NCBI GenBank assembly: GCA_007376135.1
Contig: VMFR01000002.1
Span: forward strand, 221,870-285,869
Reading direction: 5' to 3'
DNA length: 64,000 nt
Source: Parcubacteria group bacterium Gr01-1014_31
GTDB taxonomy: Bacteria; Patescibacteriota; Patescibacteriia; Buchananbacterales; GWA2-38-13
The notes under the pieces are model-generated. The model saw nothing but the letters and a program-made list of their open reading frames with translations, made no database searches and was not told the DNA's origin. Both the position numbers and the translations under genes were made by a program. This document shows positions 9,563 through 19,049 of the stretch, one piece after another (within the stretch, counting starts at the first letter, position 1; each line of letters begins with the position of its first letter).

Positions 9563-10051
9563 TCAGCCAATGTGCTGTTCGAGGCTGGCCAGGAGGCGCG
9601 TTTTACACGCGCCCCAGTTGAGCACCAGCAGTACGCCCAAGGTCGCCAGGTCGTAGGGCTGGTCCCATATACCCTGCAGCGTCAGGCCAAAGGCAAGCAG
9701 AGCGACCAGGTAGAGCCCGCCCCATGCCCGGGCGTGGTTCACGGGGTCGGGCAAAAGGCCCCGCTGCGCTCGGCTGCGGTAGTAGGCGAGCCGTTCTTCG
9801 GTATTCATGAACCGTTCGCTTATTCGCTGCTGGCTCACCGCCATCGTGTGGCTCAGCAATAAAAAAATTACGGTCCCGATGATGTTGACGGTGCTCAACG
9901 GCTCGCGCCAGTTGAACACGAACGGTCCTAAAAAAACGAACGCCCCGATCTGGCTCGAGAGGAACAGCAGCACGGCAAGGTTGGCCAGGTCCTTCCGCGC
10001 GAGCGCATCGATCCTGGCGGCAACGGCTGCCGGCAGCGGCAGCTTAGCCAT
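9563..10051 (-). CDS. Hypothetical membrane protein
   Basis: About 4 hydrophobic helices, arranged in an operon. Confidence 0.65.
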   Translation of the reverse strand: MAKLPLPAAVAARIDALARKDLANLAVLLFLSSQIGAFVFLGPFVFNWREPLSTVNIIGTVIFLLLSHTMAVSQQRISERFMNTEERLAYYRSRAQRGLLPDPVNHARAWGGLYLVALLAFGLTLQGIWDQPYDLATLGVLLVLNWGACKTRLLASLEQHIG

Positions 10052-10358
10052 ACTGGATGGGCGGCTGGTAGGGCCGCACATTGGCGCGGGTGCGCGTCAG
10101 CCACTTCCACCAGCGCGCGCCGACAAGCCATCCGGCCACCAACGCGATTGCCTGCAGGGCCCAGGAGAAGATCGCATGGAATTGCAGCCACTGTTCGTAG
10201 GTGATGCCGAAGCGGTCGAAGTCTTGCGCCAACATCAGCGCGATGGGGATTTCCACCGCCGCGTGCGCGACAAAGCCGAGGAGCTGGAACAGTACCAGTA
10301 CCAAGGCGCGGTAGACGAGTCGTTGGTTGCGGCTGAAGCTGGGCGGCGGAGTTTCCAT
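10044..10358 (-). CDS. Small membrane protein
   Basis: Two TM helices. Overlaps the start of the next gene. Confidence 0.6.
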   Translation of the reverse strand: METPPPSFSRNQRLVYRALVLVLFQLLGFVAHAAVEIPIALMLAQDFDRFGITYEQWLQFHAIFSWALQAIALVAGWLVGARWWKWLTRTRANVRPYQPPIQYG

Positions 10359-10390
10359 ACCAGACCATTGTACCACTGCGGCGGCTGGCG

Positions 10391-10659
10391 TTGACAATTC
10401 GGCCGTTTCATGCTACGTTGGCTCTTCATCCTATGCGTTGTCCATCAGGGAAAGGGAAGGCCATCCACCACGCCGGTTTTCACTCCGTCCTCCGTGAGGA
10501 GCGGCGGTGTCTGGTGCCCGCGTAGAGCTACACCATTCACTGCACCAGCTGCCGCCCCTCCCCACGGAGGAGGCGGATTTTTTAAAAAGGATCCGCCGGC
10601 GGTTCTTTTCGTTCCCCAACGTTCTGGCCTTTGAAAATTCGAAAGGAGAGTATTCCCCA
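10391..10659 (+). promoter_or_regulatory. Sigma70-type promoter and long structured leader of argB-hisG
   Basis: TTGACA at 10391 with TGnTACGTT -10, long hairpin ~10489-10570, boxA-like motif and SD AAGGAG. Confidence 0.55.
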
Positions 10660-11577
10660 ATGAACGGCAATGAAGTCAATACGCTCTTGCAAGCGCTCCC
10701 CTACATGCGCCACCACAATGGCGCGACCTTCGTGGTCAAGTGCGGCGGCGAGATCGCCCGCGATGCGACGTCCCTGGACGGGCTCAGCCGCGACCTGGCG
10801 CTGTGTATCCACGTGGGCATCCGCATCGTGCTGGTGCACGGCGGCGGCCCGCAGGCGTCCGAGTTGTCGGAACGCCTCGGCATGGAACCGGTCAAGGTCG
10901 CCGGACGGCGCATCACCGACCATGAGACGCTTGAGGTCGCCAAGATGGTGTTCGGCGGTTCCATCAACATCGACATTCTGTCGGCGCTGCGCCGCCACGG
11001 CCTGCAAGCCGTCGGACTGTCCGGCGTGGATGGCGGCATCGTGCATGCGGTCAAGCGTCCGCCGACGATGGTGGACGACCCGGAGAGCGGCGGCAAGCGC
11101 GAGGTGGACTTCGGTCTGGTCGGTGACATCACCGCGGTCAATGTCGGACTGTTGCAATACCTGATCAGCGGCGGTTATGTGCCCGTGGTCTCGTCGCTGG
11201 GCGGCGACGACGCCGGCCACATCTTCAACATCAACGCCGACACCGTGGCGGCGCAAGTCGCCGTCGCTCTCAAGGCCCACAAGCTCGTGATGCTGACCGA
11301 CGCGCCCGGCCTGATGGCCAACTTCCCCGACCCTGCGTCGTTGGTGCGGCACATCACGGTGCCGGGCTGCGAGCAGCTCCTGCACGACGGCAAGATCACC
11401 GGCGGCATGGTGCCCAAGGTCGAGACCCTGCTGGTCGCCGTGCGCGGGGGCGTTCCCCGCGCGCATATCCTGGACGGCAAGACGCCGCATGCGCTGCTGC
11501 TGGAGCTGTTCACCAAGGACGGCGCCGGCACGATGGTCACCTCCCGCGAGGAGGAGAAGCGCTACCTCGGCGAATGA
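10660..11577 (+). CDS. argB: Acetylglutamate kinase
   Basis: VVKCGG, VHGGGP, NINAD and GGMVPKV motifs. Confidence 0.92.
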   Translation: MNGNEVNTLLQALPYMRHHNGATFVVKCGGEIARDATSLDGLSRDLALCIHVGIRIVLVHGGGPQASELSERLGMEPVKVAGRRITDHETLEVAKMVFGGSINIDILSALRRHGLQAVGLSGVDGGIVHAVKRPPTMVDDPESGGKREVDFGLVGDITAVNVGLLQYLISGGYVPVVSSLGGDDAGHIFNINADTVAAQVAVALKAHKLVMLTDAPGLMANFPDPASLVRHITVPGCEQLLHDGKITGGMVPKVETLLVAVRGGVPRAHILDGKTPHALLLELFTKDGAGTMVTSREEEKRYLGE

Positions 11578-11605
11578 GACAATCCAAACTCCGAAGGAGG
11601 AATCC

Positions 11606-12502
11606 ATGCAATTGAAGCGGCTGAGATTCGCCGTACCCAACGGGTCGCTCAAGGAAGTGACGCTCGCCCTGCTGCGCAAGATCGGCTATCCCTTGCCGAC
11701 CACGGTCGGCCGCGACAACCGGCTGGGCATCATCCACGACATCGTGTTCGAGGTCCGCGACCGCGAGAACATCGCGTCGTTGGTCTGCGCCGGGGTCTTT
11801 GACTGCGGCATCACCGGCACCGACCTGCGGCTCGGCGAGAACGCCGCGGCTGCCAACGTCAAGGTGCTGTGCACGCTGCAGTACAGCCGTCAAACCACCC
11901 GTCCCGTGGAGTACGTGCTGGCCGGCAGGACCGGTATCACGCGCCTCCAGTGGGAGGGGATGGAGAAGCGCCGTGTGGGCGCCGAACGGGTGGCGCTGGC
12001 CCGCCACATTCTCGGGGACCGGCTGCGGCCTGACGATGTGATCGTGCAACTTCCCGGCTGCGAGGAGATGGCCGTGCGCGACGGCCTGTGCGACGCGGTG
12101 CTCGTGATGACCGAGACGGGCAGCTCCATCAAGGCCAACAACATGGAGATCATCTATCCCGAGCTCCTGGTGTCCACGCCCGAGCTGCTCTACTGCCCCG
12201 GGATCACTGACGGCAGTTCGCTGCACCAGCAGATCGAGAACATCGGTCACGCGCTGCAGGCGATCCTCGGCGCCGAGGGCCAGATCATGGTGGTCTTCAA
12301 CATCCCCACCCCCCGGCTCCCCGAGCTCAAAGAACGGCTGCCCGCAGCCGTCTCTCCCACCATCAGTCAGACGCTGGACCCCGAGTGGCGCGCCGGCCAG
12401 GTGCTCATCCCTCGCCAGAGATTCGGCGAGGTGCTGCGGCTGCTGAAGGAAAGCGGCGCCAGCGAGATCTACATGCAGGACGTGGACGGCTACCTACCGT
12501 AA
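11606..12502 (+). CDS. hisG: ATP phosphoribosyltransferase (long form, divergent)
   Basis: AVPNGSL, DCGITGTD, ETGSSIKAN motifs and C-terminal SPTIS regulatory domain. SD AAGGAGG. Confidence 0.8.
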   Translation: MQLKRLRFAVPNGSLKEVTLALLRKIGYPLPTTVGRDNRLGIIHDIVFEVRDRENIASLVCAGVFDCGITGTDLRLGENAAAANVKVLCTLQYSRQTTRPVEYVLAGRTGITRLQWEGMEKRRVGAERVALARHILGDRLRPDDVIVQLPGCEEMAVRDGLCDAVLVMTETGSSIKANNMEIIYPELLVSTPELLYCPGITDGSSLHQQIENIGHALQAILGAEGQIMVVFNIPTPRLPELKERLPAAVSPTISQTLDPEWRAGQVLIPRQRFGEVLRLLKESGASEIYMQDVDGYLP

Positions 12503-12538
12503 GCGTTCTGTGCCACACCGCACCTTCCCACATACAAA

Positions 12539-12572
12539 ACCCCCAGGGCAACCACCCCGGGGTTCTTTTTTA
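12539..12572 (+). terminator. Rho-independent terminator
   Basis: GC hairpin followed by a T run after hisG. Confidence 0.65.
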
Positions 12573-12720
12573 TTTCCCGCCGCCCCGTCATTCGCCGCCG
12601 CTGAACAATTTTCAACCGTGCCGTTGATTGACCCTCCCAGGCGGCTGGGGTAGCATGACTGAGCACGTTGTGTTCGTTGACATTTTGTTCCGGTCCATAA
12701 GTTCTTTTTTGAGGTGTTCT

Positions 12721-13776
12721 ATGTCTTCAGCTGATTCTCGGCCGTTGGAAAGTTCCTCCGCCACCGGCAGTGCTCCCGGCGCGCCAACTTTGGCTGCGGC
12801 AGCCAAGCAAAGGGTCAGGGATCTGGTCGGGGTAACGAAGCAGTTCGCTCGCGAGCATCGCGGGCGGAGCTGGTTTCACCTGTGGTCGACGCTCGGCGTG
12901 ATGAGCTGCGCCTTCTTGGCAACCGCGCTGCCGTTCCCGTGGCTGGTGCGCGCCGGGTTCAGCGTCCTTGCTGCCCTGCTCCTGGTGCGGATGTTCGTCA
13001 TCTACCATGACCATAGCCACCGTACCATCCTGCGCGGTTCCCGACTGGTCAAGGTCATCATGTACGGGTTCGGGGTTCTCACCCTCAACCCGCCCAGCGC
13101 CTGGAAGTCCTCGCACGACTACCACCACAAGCACAACGCCAAAAATTTTGGCGTTAACATCGGATCATTTCCTCTCCTGACGACGCACGGCTATGCGCGG
13201 GCGACTAAGTGGGAGCGCTTCGCCTACGCCCTGGCCAGGCACCCGCTGACCATCGCCTGCGCCTACCTGACGGTCTTTCTCTATTCAATGTCGCTGAAGC
13301 CTCTGATCGTGGAACGAGCGAGCCGCCGTGACTGTGGCATCGCGGTCGCCTTGCATCTAGGCATCATCACGTTGCTTGCCGTGCTGGCGCCGTACGTCCT
13401 GCTCTTCACGTTCATGGTCCCCATGTGGATCGCTTCAGCTCTGGGAGCGTACCTGTTCTACTCGCAACACAATTTTCCCGGCGTGCAGCTGCGAGATCGC
13501 CCGGCGTGGGATTTCGTGTTCGCGGCGCTGTATTCCTCGAGCTACACGGCCATGGGGCCGGTCATGCAGTGGTTCACGGGCAACATCGGGTACCACCACG
13601 TGCACCACCTGAATGCGCACATCCCGTTCTACCGCCTACCCGAGGCAATGCGGGCAATTCGCGAGCTGCAAACGCCCTCTACCATTCGGCTCAACGTGAG
13701 CGACGTCTGCCGGTGTTTCCGGCTCAAGCTTTGGGACCCAGAGAAAGACATGATGGTATCGTTCGACGGCACCTAA
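12721..13776 (+). CDS. Membrane fatty acid desaturase
   Basis: Three His boxes: HDHSH, HDYHH, HHVHH. Confidence 0.9.
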   Translation: MSSADSRPLESSSATGSAPGAPTLAAAAKQRVRDLVGVTKQFAREHRGRSWFHLWSTLGVMSCAFLATALPFPWLVRAGFSVLAALLLVRMFVIYHDHSHRTILRGSRLVKVIMYGFGVLTLNPPSAWKSSHDYHHKHNAKNFGVNIGSFPLLTTHGYARATKWERFAYALARHPLTIACAYLTVFLYSMSLKPLIVERASRRDCGIAVALHLGIITLLAVLAPYVLLFTFMVPMWIASALGAYLFYSQHNFPGVQLRDRPAWDFVFAALYSSSYTAMGPVMQWFTGNIGYHHVHHLNAHIPFYRLPEAMRAIRELQTPSTIRLNVSDVCRCFRLKLWDPEKDMMVSFDGT

Positions 13777-13854
13777 CCAAAAAGGCATACCCATAGGTAT
13801 GCCCCGACCAACTCCAGTCCACCGCCCCCCTGCCAGACGGCAGTGGGGCATTTT

Positions 13855-14034
13855 TTTATTTTCCCGCCATCGCAGCAAGGGAGTTTGCGACCGCCGGCGA
13901 GATATGCGGGAAAATAACCCCGCACCAATTTTGCCGTACAATCCACCTCGTGTTTTGAACTATGGTAGCATTGTCCCCCCAGTCGCGAAGCGCGCGTGCG
14001 AATAGCACTCTCCATTATGGGCGCAGCGCTTCGC
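13855..14034. repeat. Structured intergenic element, copy 2
   Basis: Homologous to 411-591. Directly follows the terminator at 13824-13857. Confidence 0.7.
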
Positions 14035-14073
14035 CGGGACGTGAGTTCCAAAATTGGGTGCTGGGGTTGCTAC

Positions 14074-14277
14074 CTACATAATGCGACAATCCGGGCAGAC
14101 GCACGGCGTTCCTTGGGCGACGGACTTTAGTGAGCACTCGGGGCACTGCTCCATCGGCTGGAGTGGCTTTCCCTGCAGTTCGCAATTCTTCGCCGCGCAG
14201 GAAATCGCGTCTTGTTCGTGCTGTTCCAGCGTCGCAATGCCGTGGCAGGAGCCCTGGCAGACAAAGACTTTGCCCAT
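14074..14277 (-). CDS. Small Cys-rich putative metal-binding protein
   Basis: 67 aa with 9 Cys, including CPEC and CPDC. Confidence 0.65.
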   Translation of the reverse strand: MGKVFVCQGSCHGIATLEQHEQDAISCAAKNCELQGKPLQPMEQCPECSLKSVAQGTPCVCPDCRIM

Positions 14278-14284
14278 AGTGGAT

Positions 14285-14380
14285 GTGCTAGGTACTAAGT
14301 GCTAAGCACTAAGTTGATGGTTTATAAGACCAGTAGTATACGACTGGTACTTAGTACGTAGCACTTTGAACTTAGCACTG
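14285..14380. repeat. Heptamer tandem/inverted repeats
   Basis: (TAAGTRC)-like units followed by their inverse, forming a long hairpin. Confidence 0.6.
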
Positions 14381-14382
14381 GT

Positions 14383-15033
14383 TTAGAATTCCATTGGTTG
14401 GCCCAGTTCCAGCGGCTGGAAGCGGATGCCGGCCTGAGGAAGGAATGCGGTCAGCAAGCGGTGCTGCGGCAGCGCGGTTTTGAGCATGCCATCGTGGACG
14501 GGGAATGCTAGGCGCGGCTTGACGGCCATGGCGTAGGCGACGGCTTCCTTTATTTTCATCCACGGTCCCGCGATGGGCAGCGCGAGGATGCGCACGCCGG
14601 TCGGCGGCGGGGTAAAGGCGTCGCCCGGGTAGAACAGTTCCCCCGCGACGAGAATGCCGATGTTGTCCACCCGGTTCCAGTTCCCGTAAATTTCGGCATG
14701 GAGTTTCCCAACCCCGATGATGGGAACGTTTTTGACGGTAACGGTCTGACCGTCCTGCAAGGTGTCGGCAGCCAGGTCGGCCGCGGCCATCTGGTTTTTA
14801 ACCGCCTCCGTCGTGAAGACCGGAATGCCCGGGTTCTTTTCCAATACGGCTGAGAGCGCGGGCAGGTGGAAGTGGTCCTGGTGTTCGTGGGTGATGACCA
14901 CGGCGTCCAGCGGCGGCAGTTTCGCGGGGTCGGCTCCCATACCCGCGAACTCATGGTTGCCGGGGTCGGTCAGGATGCGCACGCCGTTGATCTCGATGAC
15001 CAGGCAGCAGTGGCCGAATTTGGTGACGTGCAT
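14383..15033 (-). CDS. MBL-fold metallo-hydrolase
   Basis: THEHQDH motif, PGD and PVHD. Confidence 0.9.
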   Translation of the reverse strand: MHVTKFGHCCLVIEINGVRILTDPGNHEFAGMGADPAKLPPLDAVVITHEHQDHFHLPALSAVLEKNPGIPVFTTEAVKNQMAAADLAADTLQDGQTVTVKNVPIIGVGKLHAEIYGNWNRVDNIGILVAGELFYPGDAFTPPPTGVRILALPIAGPWMKIKEAVAYAMAVKPRLAFPVHDGMLKTALPQHRLLTAFLPQAGIRFQPLELGQPMEF

Positions 15034-15122
15034 AGTAAGGCGCGTTATCTCTTAGGGCTCAACGAGCTGCATCTACCATTTGTGTCGCCGAATCATGGAA
15101 CAGAAAGCAAAGAGTAAAATTA

Positions 15123-15758
15123 TTATTGGCCTTGGATCCATTTTCCGATGTGATCCAGTGCCGCCGATGGGAACTGGTGGCCCAGGCCAGGGACAATGAT
15201 GATGTCTGGGGTGATGCGATAGTCGGCGAGGCGGCGGTTAGCATCGTCGATCTGCCGGAAATCGTCGCCTCGAGCCCAAGTATCGAGTTCGCCGACCACG
15301 GTGAGGATTTTCAGTTCCAGCGTTTGCGGCTGACTAAATATACCGAGCGGGTCGCAAAATGCGCCGAGGGGAATGGCGCCAGCAAAGAGGTCGGGATTTT
15401 GCATCGCGAATTCACAGGCGTTGTAACCACCGTTGGAAAATCCGGTGATAAAAATTTTGGCGGCAGGGTACTCATTTTTGAGCCGTTGGGCATCGATTGG
15501 TACGCTTTGTTCACTCCAGGTTTCTGGGACAATAATCCTAATGCCGAATTGTTTCTCCAGTGGCCGCCATGCGGTGCGCGTGCCTGCCGCTTCTCCCGGC
15601 TCGCCGCCGGTGGTCAGCACGAAAAGGATGGGTGCGTTCGGCGGCAGCGGATTTTTTCGGAGATTCGGAGGGCGCAGAGGTCCGCGCTGGATTGTCAGGG
15701 CGGCGACGACCGAGGCCGCAACGATAATAATGAAAAGCAGAGGAATGAAGCGGCGCAT
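15123..15758 (-). CDS. Secreted alpha/beta hydrolase (esterase-like)
   Basis: N-terminal TM/signal, GFSNGG nucleophile elbow, GELD and GH. Confidence 0.75.
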   Translation of the reverse strand: MRRFIPLLFIIIVAASVVAALTIQRGPLRPPNLRKNPLPPNAPILFVLTTGGEPGEAAGTRTAWRPLEKQFGIRIIVPETWSEQSVPIDAQRLKNEYPAAKIFITGFSNGGYNACEFAMQNPDLFAGAIPLGAFCDPLGIFSQPQTLELKILTVVGELDTWARGDDFRQIDDANRRLADYRITPDIIIVPGLGHQFPSAALDHIGKWIQGQ

Positions 15759-15760
15759 AG

Positions 15761-16270
15761 TCAGAATTTCTCGGGTAGCGGGAGCTCGCGCGGCAGGTGA
15801 TTTGCGGCGGCGAAAAATCTTATCAGGTCGTCGTGCGGGAGCGCCAGAGTGGCGCGATTGTCATTGGGGTGGAATTGGTTGTAGGCATCGGCGGCCAGCG
15901 CGGCATCCAGAATGACCTGCACCACATTGTTTCGGTCATGCAGCACGCCGAACGGGCTGACCGATCCGGGGGTCAATCCCAGTAGCTCCCGCAGTTCGTC
16001 CGCTGTCGCGAATGACAGCCGTCCGCAGTTAAGAGTTTTTGCCAGCGCGCCGAGGTCCAGACGTTTGCGGCAGGGCGAAAGCAGTAAAAAGAATTTTTTT
16101 GCGGCGGTTTTCACCAATAGGCATTTGCTGGGAGTGCCGGGGATATCGCCGATGACCGTTTCGGCCTCGGCGCAGGTGTACACCGCGGGATGGTCGAAGC
16201 GTTGGTACCGCACGCCCAATTGATCCAACCGCGCGGTGACGGCCGCGGCGGCGTCAGGAACGTTGGGCAT
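15761..16270 (-). CDS. YbaK/ProX-type aminoacyl-tRNA editing protein
   Basis: HPAVYT, K.LLVK, PGSVSPFG and HPNDN motifs. Confidence 0.9.
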   Translation of the reverse strand: MPNVPDAAAAVTARLDQLGVRYQRFDHPAVYTCAEAETVIGDIPGTPSKCLLVKTAAKKFFLLLSPCRKRLDLGALAKTLNCGRLSFATADELRELLGLTPGSVSPFGVLHDRNNVVQVILDAALAADAYNQFHPNDNRATLALPHDDLIRFFAAANHLPRELPLPEKF

Positions 16271-17267
16271 GGGCCGGTGACGCCGACGCCAGGAGCCGCA
16301 GCGCGTCTTTGACCATGGCCGACGTGGTGGGCACCGCTCCCGCGCCGGGACCGGTGGCGCGGTAGGTGTTTTCCCCACCCTCGTAGACGATGACGCCGTT
16401 GACGATACCCGGGAGCACCAGTTGGCTGAACAGCGGGTTGCTTTCCAGCGCCTGGAAGCCGCCGCGGATATTCCATTCCCCCACCTGGTGGCGAAATCCG
16501 CCGATGGTATCGTCGCGCTGGGGCGCGCCGCGCGTGATGGACACGATGAAGCGGCGTTTGCCGGCTTCGCGGATGAGCAGATCAACTTCCGCGTCGGTGA
16601 TCTCGCGCACTTTCATGTCGCTGGCCTTCAGCCGTCGCTCCCGTTCGAAGTTGCTCAAATTAAAGAGGATGGCAGTCTTCATCACCACGTCTTCCTTGGC
16701 CTCCTGGTTAATGATCTCGAGCACGCCGTTGACCCCCGGTTCGGCGTAGCCGAGCCGCTGTACGTCGGCGATGGCCGCCCCCATCGGTTTGCCGGCGGCG
16801 ACCTCCGAGAGCAGGTAGTTGAGCGTACCGTTGATGACGCCGTGGATCTCCTGCGTCCAGGGGCCGACATGCCCTTCCATGTAGCGCAGCAGCCGCGTCC
16901 CCCCGCCGACCGTCGCGCTGTAGCCGATGCGGTGGCGGTAGGGTTCCAGTTCGGCAAAGTGGCTGGACAGTGAACCCTTCTCGCAGGTGACGACGGGGAT
17001 ATCGAGCTTGAGGAACGACAGCAGGTATTCGTACGCGGCGGTGCCGTCATCCAAGGTTGGGATGGCCAAGAAGGTAACATCCAGTCCCGAGGCGTAGTTA
17101 AGGTAGTTTTCCAGTCGGTCGATCTTGTTGGTCAGGTTCTTGTAGATACCATCGCTCTTGGCGACGAACGTTACTTCCCAGCCAAGGTTGAGCACTTTGC
17201 GATAGAGCTCGGCCCCGATGTTGCCGGCGCCGATGATGCCCACGTGGGGAGGTTTGGGGGCGCGCAT
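16254..17267 (-). CDS. hom: Homoserine dehydrogenase
   Basis: GAGNIG, ATVGGG, NGTLNY, LGYAE and GPGAG motifs. Confidence 0.85.
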   Translation of the reverse strand: MRAPKPPHVGIIGAGNIGAELYRKVLNLGWEVTFVAKSDGIYKNLTNKIDRLENYLNYASGLDVTFLAIPTLDDGTAAYEYLLSFLKLDIPVVTCEKGSLSSHFAELEPYRHRIGYSATVGGGTRLLRYMEGHVGPWTQEIHGVINGTLNYLLSEVAAGKPMGAAIADVQRLGYAEPGVNGVLEIINQEAKEDVVMKTAILFNLSNFERERRLKASDMKVREITDAEVDLLIREAGKRRFIVSITRGAPQRDDTIGGFRHQVGEWNIRGGFQALESNPLFSQLVLPGIVNGVIVYEGGENTYRATGPGAGAVPTTSAMVKDALRLLASASPAHAQRS

Positions 17268-17272
17268 AGGCG

Positions 17273-17611
17273 TTAAAATTCGTCCAGTATCTTTTTGGCG
17301 TCGTCGAAGTCCATTTGTGACAGTTCGCCGCCTTTTACTTTCTGCCACAACTGCTGCCGGATCGAGGACTTCGTGCCCAGCGATAGGTGAGCTCCCGGCG
17401 GCAGGCGTTTGAGATGTGGCTCGATCAGATCGGCGATGGTGTCCGCTTCATCCGCGGACAGGTTCTGGCCTTCGTCGCCGCCGATACGAAAACGGCGCAA
17501 CTTTTCCAGCGCGCCGCGAAAACTCGGGTCCCGGTCCACGGGTACGTGCCCGCCCTCCCGGTACTGCCGGCCGGTTTTCACGCCGCCGAAGAGGTCGCCA
17601 AAGATACCCAT
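17273..17611 (-). CDS. Hypothetical protein
   Basis: 112-aa ORF in a co-oriented run of genes. Confidence 0.7.
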   Translation of the reverse strand: MGIFGDLFGGVKTGRQYREGGHVPVDRDPSFRGALEKLRRFRIGGDEGQNLSADEADTIADLIEPHLKRLPPGAHLSLGTKSSIRQQLWQKVKGGELSQMDFDDAKKILDEF

Positions 17612-17701
17612 ATATTCATCGATATTTCATCATAACCCTGGCAACGGTTTTACGCAACACTGGCATAAAAGACGGTCCTGCTGGCCGGATTTTTTAGCCC
17701 C

Positions 17702-17748
17702 GGTACGGTTTAGCGCCAGCCAAAGTACTGCCGGAACGGCCGGCAGTT
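17702..17748 (-). repeat. Diverged duplicate of the NUDIX gene 3' end
   Basis: Encodes NCRPFRQYFGWR* versus EYRAFRRHFGWR* at 18617-18660. Confidence 0.75.
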
Positions 17749-17810
17749 TATTTTGAGAGGTAACTCTAAAAAAACTCACCGACGAGTTGCCGGTGAGGTT
17801 CAGGGTCCCC

Positions 17811-18278
17811 CTACTCGAGATCGAGGCCTTCCTCCTCGAGGAGCTGCGTGAGGTCGATGTCCAGGAGGTCGTCCTCCTGGGGATCGGACAGGCAGGCCCA
17901 GAGGTTGGCGGGCAGCAGCTTGTGCCACTTCTCGCGCAACCACATGATCTCTGGCCCCTTGAGCGCGCCGGTGACCGGCCGGAACCAGGTGAAGACCCAG
18001 TCCGTGCCCGTCGAGATGTCGCCCCGATCATTCACGCCCGTAGCGTGATGAAAGGCGGCGAATCCGACGAGCCGTTCGGATCCCAAGACGATCTCGGGAC
18101 CATCCTTGGGGTGAAGGGAGAGTCTCCATGGGCCGGGTCCGGAGATCCAGCGCGCGGGAGGGCGTTTCTCCGTTTCGACTCCGAGGTGGGCGCGCAGGTC
18201 GCCGCTGGGCGTGAGGGTCCACGCGACGACGGTGTCCGCCCCCCGGGGGATGGGGGGAAGGTGGTTGGGGTACGTCAT
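17811..18278 (-). CDS. Hypothetical protein in a small insertion
   Basis: GGAGG SD before MTYPNH. Acidic C-terminus. Confidence 0.55.
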   Translation of the reverse strand: MTYPNHLPPIPRGADTVVAWTLTPSGDLRAHLGVETEKRPPARWISGPGPWRLSLHPKDGPEIVLGSERLVGFAAFHHATGVNDRGDISTGTDWVFTWFRPVTGALKGPEIMWLREKWHKLLPANLWACLSDPQEDDLLDIDLTQLLEEEGLDLE

Positions 18279-18622
18279 GACCGAAGCCTCCATCTATGAG
18301 GAGGCCGGATACGACGCGCATCTCGGCGACACACCGAGATGAAAATCGCACGGCTGCATCCGGTCGCTCCGACGATTAGGTGGATGCAACAATGTTACCG
18401 GCCCGATTTCCGGCAACTACGAATAGCGCCCGAGCGGGCGAGCCTGAGGAGGCAACGGGAAGGTTGCAAGCTATCGATGCACCGTGGAACATCCCCAACG
18501 AACACTGTAAGGAGCGAAAATTGATTCTAACACAATCCCACGTAATGTCAAGGGATTGGACCATAAAATTTTGCAGCTAGCCCGCGGCGAGAGCTGTGGG
18601 TCTGCGTCCATGATTGGTACGT

Positions 18623-19048
18623 TCAGCGCCAGCCAAAGTGTCGCCGGAACGCGCGGTATTCTTCGCGCGAGAAAAAATCGTTCGGATGCCCTTTGCATTC
18701 TTTGGGGTCAAGCCAGCGGTATTCGCCGTGTTCGAACGAGAGGCGGATGCGGCCGCTTCGATAGCGCGCTTCATAAACGGTGATGAGCACCATGGTGTTG
18801 AACTTCGCCACCGGCCGGCGATACTGCAGCAGTGGGCCTCCGAGGCGGTAGCGGACGCTCCCGCCCAACTCTTCACGCACTTCCCGCGCCAGGATCTTTT
18901 CCAGCGGGACGCGGTCCTCGACGGCATCCACGCGGCCGCCCGGCAGGTCCCATTTTTTGCTGTTGGGCGTTTTCAGCAATAGAATTTTCCGCCCGCGGCG
19001 CAAGAGGATCTTAAAGGCGACCTGGTAGGAGGCAAAGGCGCGGGGCAT
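18623..19048 (-). CDS. NUDIX hydrolase
   Basis: PGG...REVREELG Nudix box. Confidence 0.9.
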   Translation of the reverse strand: MPRAFASYQVAFKILLRRGRKILLLKTPNSKKWDLPGGRVDAVEDRVPLEKILAREVREELGGSVRYRLGGPLLQYRRPVAKFNTMVLITVYEARYRSGRIRLSFEHGEYRWLDPKECKGHPNDFFSREEYRAFRRHFGWR

Positions 19049-19049
19049 A

